This document shows, piece by piece, positions 53,088-64,000 of a stretch of 64,000 nucleotides of DNA (positions are counted from its first letter, which is position 1; each line of letters starts with the position of its first letter). Both the position numbers and the translations under genes were made by a program. The notes beneath the pieces are model-generated. The model ran no database searches and was not told where the DNA came from. It was given only the letters and a program-made list of their open reading frames with translations. The stretch comes from Trichoplax adhaerens (lineage: Eukaryota; Animalia; Placozoa): contig NW_002060954.1 in NCBI RefSeq assembly GCF_000150275.1, positions 1,736,001 to 1,800,000 of the forward strand, in the 5' to 3' direction.

Positions 53088-55635
53088 CCGATGGCGCTAT
53101 TTTATCCGTAATTACAGCATAATATGATAGGTTTGGCCTTGACGTAGAGTAAATCATCCTCCAATTTTCACCGATAGCTGGGTAACGGATACATGTTTAA
53201 TGATCTTAATACAGCTTTTTGATAAAGTTTTCCAGCCTATTACAGAAATTACTTAAAAGTGAGGAGATCATGAATTATTACGTTAATATTGCGATGTTTA
53301 CTCTTTGAGGCAAAATATCAACAGTCATTGATCTTGATTAAATTTGGAATAAGCGTATGAAAGTAGTTTTTGATTTTAGTAAAAGCAATAAAACTGTGGC
53401 AATTTAAAATAATTATAGATTACTTTTCTTGTTATCCTCAATTAAAATAAAAATCAACGTCAAAGTCGACTCTTCCAGCGTGATTTAAGGCTTCATGAAT
53501 GATTCTAATGTGGTATAAGGTTATTCTAATAATAATGACTCTTCGAAAATCACACATTTATTTCGATGAAGTTGTAGTTTTAGAACACCGACAATAAGCA
53601 CGATAATTGATATTTAAAGACTATCGAGAAACATTGTTTCTGTGCATTAATCTATTGGTAAAGAGTCGCGTAGATTCAAAAAAGTAACGGTTTAACAAAG
53701 TTTTGTGAATCAAATTAATTAAGATCAGCGAGTTTGAAGTGTTAATCTTTTAGTGGATCATTGTAGAGAAGCCTATCGAAAAAGAATTTTATCTGATCTT
53801 TAAACTAACTGAGAAGAACTGGTGGAATAGATATAAAATTAATAAGGAACCAAAATATGTGACAGTCTCCAACCTCTGCATACGATAGTAGACAGTGAGT
53901 AAACATCTCAAGCTATAGTATATCAGAAAACGATATTTTTGTGTGTGTTTTCGTGTTCCGTATTGGCTACCTTTAATAACAGTTTCAAGTCCCAATTTAT
54001 TTGCCATACGGCATTTCATTATTTTAACTCGTTATTAGCCATTCAAGAACTTTTTGTTAATGTGATCGTAGTTCAGTTAAAAAAAAACACTAGCTTTCAT
54101 AATGATAAAGTTTTTCTCTTGGGACTTGCTATAGTCAAGATAAAGTCGTAATGCAAATTATGCATAACAATAAAATTATTTTATATAAAGTCTTATATGC
54201 GACAATATATTGTCTTCTAGTGCTACTTTATCCTTTCCAAATTCAATCATTTTACAATAATACTGTATTAAAATAACCCTGAAGCCTAAAAAGTCACTTC
54301 TATCCTCATAAGCGACTATTGTTAAAGTAGATGTGCAACACAGATTCATCCATCTTAAATTTACCGCCGTCTCAATGATGGATGCACAGTACTGTAGTGA
54401 TTATAGTAAGGACCAAAGACGTCTTACCATACCCGTATATCGTATCTACTATCTAGTGGCCCATGACTATATACATATATTCAAAGATGGCTATAACAGC
54501 GTTAATGAATTATTCATTACACATTTGTACTTGATTACGGAGTCTACTATTAACTAGAAGAAAGTAAGCCTAGGCATGACTACTAATAGGTTTTCTTTTG
54601 GTATCATGGCCTAGATCAGCAGCAGTACTATATACTGCAATACAAATTTATCAGTCAGAAATTGAATGTACTCTCAGTACCTTAAATTAAAGGAAAGAAA
54701 CTTTTTAAATTGAACGGATGTTGCCCTGGGCTTCGTAGTCCGCTAATAACCTTCGAAAGGGCAGTGTATGCTATCTGAAGTAGTCGGTAAATTGCGCTAG
54801 CAATGGCAGTGATACACAGCTCCATGCGCGCTACCATCACATGAATGGACCCACACGAAAATCGACCTATATTGTCTCAATTACACCATATTCAAGTATG
54901 ATAATCATCGTAAGGTAAGATTATTTTTAAGTTAGACGATGCAGTCCACCAATGGCCTTAAGAAAATAATCTATATCTACGTAGTTAACCATACATTTCG
55001 ACTATAATGCAAATAAATTTCCGCACAATTCATTGTTACTTCAATTAACACCGTTGCAAAGTAAGTGAATGTAATTCTGAGATTACTCATCTTTTATTAG
55101 AATGCATAATCCATTAGTAAAGTAACTTTCAATCTATAGAATGGAATAAGCTTAAGAAAATATGTATAAGATAAAATGCATGATTATTAACACTTTGACT
55201 TATGGGAATACTGTGAATAATACCTGTATTAACTTTCAACAGGCTTATTGTGAAGTATTAAAAAAACATATCACTGCGATTAGTAGGCACCAAATTCCCT
55301 GGAGATGTACCAAGTATAGTCATTCGTGCTTTACATTCAAGTTAATTAGCTAAATGGGCTTCCGAATTTTAATGAAGTCCCATATGGTAACCGTTCACAG
55401 CATGTTTTGTAGCATTAGACAAATGTTATGACAAACTATTGTTTGTGAAAAAAAAGTACTTTTTCTCAATCTGGCCTTAGCAGAATCATTTAGCGTTAGA
55501 GATTTTGACTTGTTATTTTTTGAGGGTCGCTATAGCTTATACTTTTAGAAAATTTATAAGATTGATTTGATATAAGAATTTTGTAGTGCTGCTTTAGTAC
55601 CTACCGAAAACGGTTCCTATCGTCAATTTTCAACG

Positions 55636-58600
55636 ATGTTTGGCACTAGGAAGTTGATACAACTCTTACTTTTTAGCTATTTACTTCATTTTGCCATCGC
55701 CGTAAGTTTCAATTAGATCAAATTTATTTATTCTATATTGTACAGTATTAGGCACTCCCTTTTTCCTTCATTAACTCTATTAAACAAACATGCATAGTGA
55801 TATCTGAAATGGAGTAATGATTCTGGTAATAAATCCACAAATTACTTGAATTTCTACCTTCTCTTTTTCTAGGTATTTCAACCGTTTCAACCCAAAACAT
55901 GTCTTGAAATAGCAAAACATAACGCAAATCGTGGCAAGCGCGCAATCGAATATAATGATAAAAGTAGTGGTAACCATAACTTAGACCATTCGGCAGGCAA
56001 GTTTTGAATCGATGTTAGTTTTAATTTTAATGGCTTTTACTATCATTCAAAAAGTTAACGATTCATAAATAATCTCTACGTTTAGACTCTGCTCTTAGAA
56101 ACGGTATCTATTGGAGTGATAAAGATAAAAAATATCTAGACAGTTTTGATCATGTTTTTACTGCGAAATATCCCATCGGAGGACGACCACCACAACTTGT
56201 TAGCAATCCTGAAGGTTGGACTGGAAACTCCCGGCCTTATATAGATAGCTATGAGCAAGTTTCCACCGAGAAAAAACCTGGCCTAAAACCACAGGCAGAT
56301 TTTAGTCAACTAAAGGGTTGGTCAAAAAGCGGTAAATTTTTTCTAGATAAATACGATCATGTCTTTACTGAGAAGAAACCTGGTGTAAAGCCACGACCAG
56401 ATTTTAGTCAATTTCATGGTTGGACGGCAGACGGTTTACCTGGTCTAGGAGTTGGTGGTCAATGGGGAGGCAAAAAACCCTACGTAGATGGTCTTACACC
56501 AGGTAACTGGCCGAATCACGGTGGAGATGGCGTTCGTAAGCCAACACAATCAGGTTGGGCACATGGAAAACCACCGTACGTTGATGGTCTTAGTGGAGGA
56601 GGAAGCTGGTGGAATAATGGCGGACAAGGTAATCATAAACCAACACAATCGGGATCAGGTTCGGGGTCAGGATCAGGATCAGGATCAGGTTCTGGATCAG
56701 GTTCTGGTTGGGGATTTGGTACTCATAAACCGTCGCATAAGCCAAATGCAACAGGATCAGGATCAGGTTCAGGTTGGGGTTCCGGCACAAGTAAACCGAC
56801 TGGATCATCAGGATCAGGCTCGGGTTGGGGTTCTGGTACAAGTAAACCGACTGGATCCTCAGGCTGGGGATTTGGCAGTAATAAACCCACAGGATCAGGA
56901 TCAGGCTGGGGTTCTGGCACAAGTAAACCGACTGGATCAGGCTCCGGCTCAGGTTGGGGATTTGGTACTAATAAACCTACAGGATCAGGATCGAGCTCAG
57001 GCTCAGGCTGGGGATTTGGTACTAATAAACCTACAGGATCAGGCTCAGGTTGGGGTTCTGGCACAAGTAAACCGACTGGATCCTCAGGATCAGGCTCAGG
57101 CTGGGGATTTGGTACTAATAAACCTACAGGATCAGGATCAGGATCAGGTTGGGGTTCTGGCACAAGTAAACCGACTGGATCTTCAGGATCAGGCTCAGGC
57201 TGGGGATTTGGTACTAATAAGCCTACAGGGTCAGGATCAAGCTCAGGCTCAGGCTGGGGTTCTGGCACAAGTAAACCGACTGGAGCTTCAGGATCAGGCT
57301 CAGGCTGGGGATTTGGTACTAATAAACCTACAGGATCAGGATCAAGCTCAGGCTCAGGCTCAGGCTGGGGTTCTGGTACAAGTAAACCGACTGGATCTTC
57401 AGGATCAGGCTCAGGCTCAGGCTGGGGATTTGGTACTAATAAACCTACAGGATCAGGATCAGGCTCAGGCTCAGGCTGGGGTTCTGGCACAAGTAAACCG
57501 ACTGGATCATCAAGCTCAGGCTCAGGCTGGGGATTTGGTACTAATAAACCTACAGGATCAGGCTCAGGTTGGGGTTCTGGCACAAGTAAACCGACTGGAT
57601 CTTCAGGATCAGGCTCAGGTTGGGAACTTGGTACTAATAAACCTACAGGATCAGGATCAAGTTCAGGCTCAGGCTCAGGCTGGGGTTCTGGCACAAGTAA
57701 ACCGACTGGATCATCAGGATCAGGCTCAGGCTCAGGCTCAGGTTGGGGTTCTGGCACAAGTAAACCGACTGGATCTTCAGGATCAGGCTCAGGCTGGGGA
57801 TTTGGTACTAATAAACCTACAGGATCAGACTCAGGTTGGGGTTCTGGCACAAGTAAACCTACTGGATCATCAGGATCAGGCTCAGGTTGGGGTTCTGGCA
57901 CAAGTAAACCGACTGGATCTTCAGGATCAGGCTCAGACTGGGGATTTGGCACTAATAAACCTACAGGATCAGGCTCAGGTCCAGGTTGGGGTTCTGGCAC
58001 AAACAAACCGACTGGATCTTCAGGATCAGGTTCAGGCTCAGGTTGGGGTTCTGGTACAAGTAAGCCGACTGGATCAGGATCAGGCTCAGGTTGGGGTTCT
58101 GGCACAAGTAAACCGACTGGATCTTCCGGATCAGGTTCGGGCTGGGGTTTTGGTACTAATAAACCTACAGGATCTGGCTCAGGTTCAGGTTCAGGTTGGG
58201 GTTCTGGCACAAGTAAACCGACTGGATCTTCAGGATCAGGCTCAGGCTCAGGTTGGGATTCTGGCACAAGTAAACCGACTGGATCATCAGGCTCAGACTC
58301 AGGTTGGGGTTCTAGCACAAGTAAACCGACTGGATCATCAGGCTCAGGCTCAGGTTGGGGTTCTGGTACAAGTAATCCGACTGGATCATCAGGATCAGGC
58401 TCAGGCTGGGGATTTGGTACTAATAAACCTACAGGATCAGGATCAGGCTCCGGTTGGGGTTCTGGCACAAGTAAACCGACTGGATCTTCAGGGTCAGGCT
58501 CAGGCTCAGGTTGGGGTTCTGGCACAAGTAAACCGACTGGATCTTCAGGATCAGGCTCAGGTTGGGGTTCTGGTACTAGCAATCCGACTGGATCATCAGG

Positions 58601-59732
58601 ATCAGGTTCAGGCTCAGGCTCTGGTTGGGATTCTGGTACAAGTAAACCAACTGGATCATCAAGCTCAGGCTCAGGCTGGGGTTCTGGCACAAGTAAGCCA
58701 ACTGGATCTTCAGGATCAGGCTCAGGTTGGGGTTTTGGCACGAGTAAACCAACTGGATCATCAGGATCAGGATCTAGCTCAGGCTCAGGCTCAGGTTGGG
58801 GTTCTGGCACAAGTAAACCGACTGGATCATCAGGATCAGGCTCAGGTTGGGGTTCTGGCACGAGTAAACCGACCGGATCATCAGGCTCAGGCTCAGGCTC
58901 AGGTTGGGGTTCTGACACAAGTAAACCAACTGGATCATCAGGATCTGGCTCAGGCTGGGGATTTGGTACTAGTAAACCTACAGGATCAGGCTCAGATTGG
59001 GGTTCTGGCACAAGTAAGCCGACTGGATCATCAGGATCAGGCTCAAATTTGGGAACTGCATCATCAGGCTCAGGAGGGAGTCAAATTAAAAATAATAATG
59101 GATACTATACATTATATGATGCTGGGAATTTGCCTTACATGGCGTACTGTGACTTCAAATCTGATAATAACTATGTTTGGACTTTGATAACATCGTTCTC
59201 TCGCGAAAATGGAAATCATGCTGCTTTGTCACCATATGGTAAACCATTCCGAAAGCCGCTCTCGCAAAATTTTCCTAGCTACGAAAATCAAGCGGATAAT
59301 TGGAATAAATTACGTTTTGACCTTCCTAGAATGAACTTAATTAAAACACATTCCACACACTGGCGTGCAACTTGTAATTTCCAACAAACCGAAATATTAG
59401 CAAATCACAAAGATTATGTACGAGGAGCCCTTAAGACGCTGGATATAATTACTGCGCTTGGCAATAAGTGCGCTGCAGTAGAATATTTTAATGTTGATGG
59501 TAAAGGTTGTAGTAACTGCAAGATACCCGTTTCGACTATACAGGATAGTCTCTTTGGGGGTAACAGGATGCCTTATGTCCCTGTAAAGCATTTTTCTAAG
59601 TGTGGCACTCCAATTGCTATTACGGACAACACTGAAAATCTGTTTGGTAATTACGATGGAAAGTCTCATACCTTTTCCTGCTCCAAAGCTAGCACTTCTA
59701 CTACAAATTGGTGGTTAGGTGGACGTATCTAA
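55636..59732 (+). CDS. Secreted ~1278-aa protein: signal peptide, RGKR site, Gly/Ser/Trp repeat region, C-terminal fibrinogen/intelectin-like Cys-rich domain
   Basis: Exon 1 55636-55701 ([22 protein letters not shown]); exon 2 55873-55996 ([27 protein letters not shown]..., GC donor CAG|GCAAGT); exon 3 56086-59732. Exon 3 is in the same frame as track ORF 59049-59732 ([16 protein letters not shown]...TNWWLG). Total 3837 nt. Confidence 0.8.
56650..59080 (+). repeat. Coding minisatellite, roughly 50 units of 36-57 bp encoding (GS)[14 protein letters not shown] / (GS)[11 protein letters not shown]
   Basis: Repeated ggatcaggctcaggttggggttctggcacaagtaaaccgact and ggctggggatttggtactaataaacctaca. 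Length changes keep the reading frame. Confidence 0.95.
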
Positions 59733-61962
59733 AGAAACCGTGGACCAATCATTCTATAAGGCTTCAATTTTGAATAAAATCAAAATTTAAGGCATATGTT
59801 TAAATTTAAGCAACTTTGTAGGATAAATTTCGGTGTTTCATATGGTAAATATCATAGCATCGTAATACTTTCGTAACACATAGCTATTCAAGGGGTTAAT
59901 TATAATTATTAAGATACTTTAGCAGTACAGTATATTTCTTCAAACATGCTGGAAAATCGCTATTATTCTATCTGCAATATTGATAATAAGTAATGTACTC
60001 AACTTAAAGTTAATCTAAGCTCATCTAATATACTAACAGATTGAGATAATATGTGTATATGGTATTATATTGGTATGCAATGATTTAAAATCGTCATTTT
60101 CCTATATTTATCGGCGTGCTTAAGTTAAAATTCATATATTTTAGATTATTAATGAGATTGCTTCACTTTAATAACATTCGACCTTCGATTGATTAAGGTG
60201 TTTCTATCAGTAAAATTTCGATGAAATACAACAGTTATTGTATCTAATATACTGTTGGAACGGACTATAAAACATAACCGTTTTAAAGCTTACAAGGCAA
60301 GCTCTTTTGACTTTATTCCGTTTCCAAATCGAGTCACTATAACTCTATTCTCTTATTATCGTCAACGTTAATATAACAGTACCTTGGACTATCACATATA
60401 CCTAGGTTTATCTAGTATGAGAATACAGTATAACTAGTAGGCAATACATCAGCGAAATACCAGTTTTAGTCGGAAGGAAAAGGTAGTACTGTATTTGTAC
60501 GGTATTTACAGTGAGTTTATATCACTATTAAATTGTGGAGTAAGCTACTGATTAAGGATTTGTAGATGTAATAGATCGGATAAGTACATTAGTAAAATGC
60601 AAATTACCGTCATATCAGGCTGTATAGAAGTTTATTACGCTTTCCCGCTCGTCATAGAGTCTGTACGTAGTTAATATAGGGAAACACGGTAAAAAAATAA
60701 AGATAAAGTATATAGCAAAATGGTACTAGTAAATCAGAACTATACGAATGCGAGTCTCCCATCTGTATTTATTTCTATCATATAGCACAATTGTGGAAAC
60801 GCATGTCCTTGTATGTCCACCGATATACACACCACTAAAACGGTAATTTCGTAACGGCTAGGTTGTTTAGTTAAATTATTTATTCTTTGTATAGTTTTAC
60901 GTCTAGGCTAAAGAGACACAGATTAGATACTCGATTTATGCGTATATGAGACTAAATTCAGATGTTGATTGCTGTATCGTCAGAAATTATTAAAGGAACA
61001 GAACGAGTAGTCCCTAGTTTTGTATACGTTAAGCGCCTTTTAGACTTTGTCTATAGTATATAATTATAATAAGAAATATAAAATTTACGTAGTAATTGGA
61101 GTATACGCAGAAAAAGGAAAGGAAGGTAAAAAAAATGAATACTTTACTGCACAAGTGTATATTGCATTATGTCAACTCATTTATGTTAAACGTTACCGAT
61201 ACTTCCTAGACCGTGTTTATTGTCAAATTTTTGTTATAGCCGTACTTATCTACTTGTCTTATCCGATCGTTAGGAGCATAAATTCCGAAAGCACTATCTA
61301 CAGAGTAATGCTTATTGATTTCTATATTACGATTTCGTTCAAATCAGATGTACCTGTATCTTAAAAACTCTGCACTAGAAGGAGCACGTAATCTGATTTT
61401 CAAGCGATTGTACTTCTTAGTAATTTTTTCATACAGTTTTACTGTTGCATTTCATGGTTATAGTCTAATACAAAGTTAACTAATTATTTTACTTCAATTA
61501 AATTTCATTTTATTTTATCCGTAAATGTCGCCTTAAGCGGTAAATCCATTCGTAAATATATAAAGTCTTGTATGACGTAAGATCAATTTTCCGTATACAT
61601 AGGCATTCATGCAGGTGCAATGGGTGACTGAAATCAAAATCAATTATCAAACTATTTATAATGACGACAGTTTATTAGAATTAACAATTACAATTGGTTT
61701 AGTTTAATGATAGCCTTTATTATTAACTTGATGAATTAGGGCCAATGTTTCTTTTACTACACGTAGTTTTATTATCGCCTCTTTGATTTTTAATGCGATT
61801 TTAATGCATAATAGCCAAGAAAATTATTAATGAGATTAAAAGCTGAATATTTATTTATCTTTTACACACAGTCATGAGAATGACAGAATTGCAATCAATT
61901 TTAGTAATAAAAGGTAAAATCGAAGCATAAAAGATTTTAAAATATTGAAAAGCTGACATGTC

Positions 61963-62232
61963 CTAGTCTTGTAAGATTTGACTAAGTTCTACTATGTAAC
62001 ATCGTGCTAATGTCAAAGTTTGTTGTTTGCTAAGTGATTTTCTGCGATCTACTGGCAAGAAAGACAACTTTAAACGCAACTGATCAAAAGCTTCATTTAA
62101 ATAATGCATTCGAATTCTCTCTCGTTCCGTAGCTCGGTGACGGCGTTTCATTAGGCGTTCTTGCTGATGACCTTGATTAAATTCAAGCTGCATCTGCGTT
62201 GGTGTATCTTCAATACTTCGATTTCTCCGCAT
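61963..62232 (-). CDS. Group A bHLH transcription factor, atonal superfamily (Mist/Olig/NeuroD-like), single exon
   Basis: KRRHRATERERIRMHYLNEAFDQLR...LSKQQTLTLARCYIVELSQIL matches the basic helix-loop-helix consensus. Confidence 0.88.
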   Translation of the reverse strand: MRRNRSIEDTPTQMQLEFNQGHQQERLMKRRHRATERERIRMHYLNEAFDQLRLKLSFLPVDRRKSLSKQQTLTLARCYIVELSQILQD

Positions 62233-64000
62233 AGTGTTTCTATTCGCTTTCTTAGTAGGTACGGAATCTCGTTTTAGTTATTTTCGAACTGCTAAAAAAG
62301 TTGATGAGTGTTGATAAATTTAGCAGTGTTCCATCTTTTATAAGGCGTGACTATGAAGATCTGCTATCAAAAATTTAAGACTACCTGTACGCCTGTTGAT
62401 TTATAGGTTACTTGAATTCTTTCTCAGTCATATAGATATGGGGAATATTCCGAATAGCTACAGGGTGTTAAATTATAATAATTATTTATTAAAATAAATA
62501 TAAGATAAAATATCTCCTTACAACATTTTCAGAATGTATCACAAAGCGACAGCCTGCAATCAGCAAATTCAGTAACACAAACAATATACCGTATGAATGA
62601 CTTATCTTCAGCATGTGTCTAGATTTAACAGTACACACTCTAAAATTCGTAGATACAACAGCATGGACGATTACATTGCAGTTGAATATGTAGTATATGG
62701 TTTATTAACGCTAATTTCGTAATGTATACACATTGTTTACTGTAATAGATTAATGAGATATAAGCAATTGAAGTTCTTAACAAATTCTGGGATTAGTCCA
62801 TATCATGTTGTTATATAAATACTGTAAATAGTAAGAAGCTACAGCTATTTCACACAAGGAATTGCTTACGTTAATTAATTATCAGTAAAACTCTGTAGAG
62901 CCAAAGCAGTTGCATACATACAGTATATGCACGTGTATATTAGCATTAATGACATTCGCACGTTCGGTTCAGTATCACTAAATTATTATAACTAGCGATT
63001 GCCTCACGCACAATGAAAAGACTCGCTTGTACAAGCGACTAGTTTTCTATTCCCTTTTTTTATCAATATTTTAAATTGAAAGGTGATCGAGGAGTCTGTA
63101 GTTGTGTTTCAATTTACGCCTTAGGTTGCTAACGACTACGTTCAAAATTTATTCTTGCTTGCTACTGTTATGCAAATTAAACAGTCCAGGCAGCTGCTTG
63201 CAAAAATTACTCTTACTTGACTTCAATCACCTAGACGTCAAATATTAATGAATTTATGACTATGGAATACGCAACTGAGGTCCATGACTACCTTCCAGTC
63301 ACTCTTTGCTTAATTCGTTATCCACTTCTGTAGCATCATTAACGACTCGCAATGTTTCCGTATTTCATTAATCAGTGCTAAATGCAATGTTTATCATTTA
63401 ATTTTAACAACTTCTTATTCTTTGCATTTTGTTGTTTCTTGTGCAGCACGCGCTTAACGCCTGTTAACATCTTATTAGACACGCGTACAACTGTCGACAT
63501 TGAATTTATTTACCTACCAAAGGAATCACTTAAGATTAGGCGTAAATTGATGATCAACACGAAAGATTCATATTATTGCGAGAAACATAGTTGCAACAAC
63601 CATTCTTCCTCAAGCAGAAGGCATGCTATGCTAATATTTAACAAATCTGTTACCAACTATTTCAAACACAATCAACAGCATTAGCCTTAACATCGTTATT
63701 AGCGTCATTGCTTAAAATCATGTAGTAACAATTGTAATCGGAGCGTTTCGATTGCTAAAGAATAGGTTGTAATCTTACAGTTATTTGAATACATCTAACA
63801 ATTTTGATCTTTCCATTACTCACTAGAACCATCGCTTCTATTCAAGATCACAATATGGAATTTCAATAAAAGACATTGATGCGATTTCACATTGCCACAA
63901 ATTTTCGTGTCAACGAAGCGTTCATAAATAAATTGTTTGGATTTCATTTCATACTAACTAAAGCAGTAATACTGTAATAGGAATGTGATACTTTATAGAA

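Noticed and set aside
55873-55960. Exon 2 of the repeat protein as a Gla-type propeptide (A at -10, NRGKR then AIE), i.e. a substrate for the neighbouring GGCX
   Set aside because: It lacks Phe-16 and Leu-6 and has only one nearby Glu. The segment is better explained as the first helix of the fibrinogen-like domain.
56488-59187. 899-aa plus-strand Q/D/A/V-rich ORF and 762-aa minus-strand PEP/DP-rich ORF (56723-59011)
   Set aside because: Shadow frames of the stop-poor coding minisatellite. Only the Gly/Ser frame connects a signal peptide to the C-terminal folded domain.

Overview
AT-rich eukaryotic (animal) genomic DNA with short GT-AG and GC-AG introns. The gene style (42-aa TPR family, compact introns, TACAG-rich promoters) suggests a placozoan such as Trichoplax; this is an inference. 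Protein genes in order: prolyl 4-hydroxylase alpha (+, 5' end probably outside the window), HGSNAT with an extra N-terminal luminal segment (-), head-to-head TAF1A-like (+), neutral ceramidase (-), two tandem gamma-glutamyl carboxylase paralogues (+) flanking a single-exon TPR gene (-), a ~1278-aa secreted protein whose fibrinogen/intelectin-like domain appears split by a large Gly/Ser/Trp repeat (+), and an atonal-superfamily bHLH gene (-). The most notable signal is in the gene-free gap at 15.5-20 kb: three diverged copies of a ~400-nt element. They share invariant motifs, four or more helices kept by compensatory substitutions, pairing of the 5' and 3' ends, and an upstream TATA box. This looks like a structured ncRNA family that I cannot match to any RNA class I know. 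The window also holds a split non-coding segmental duplication and several degenerate tandem repeats. All exon models were read by eye and need RNA-seq confirmation.
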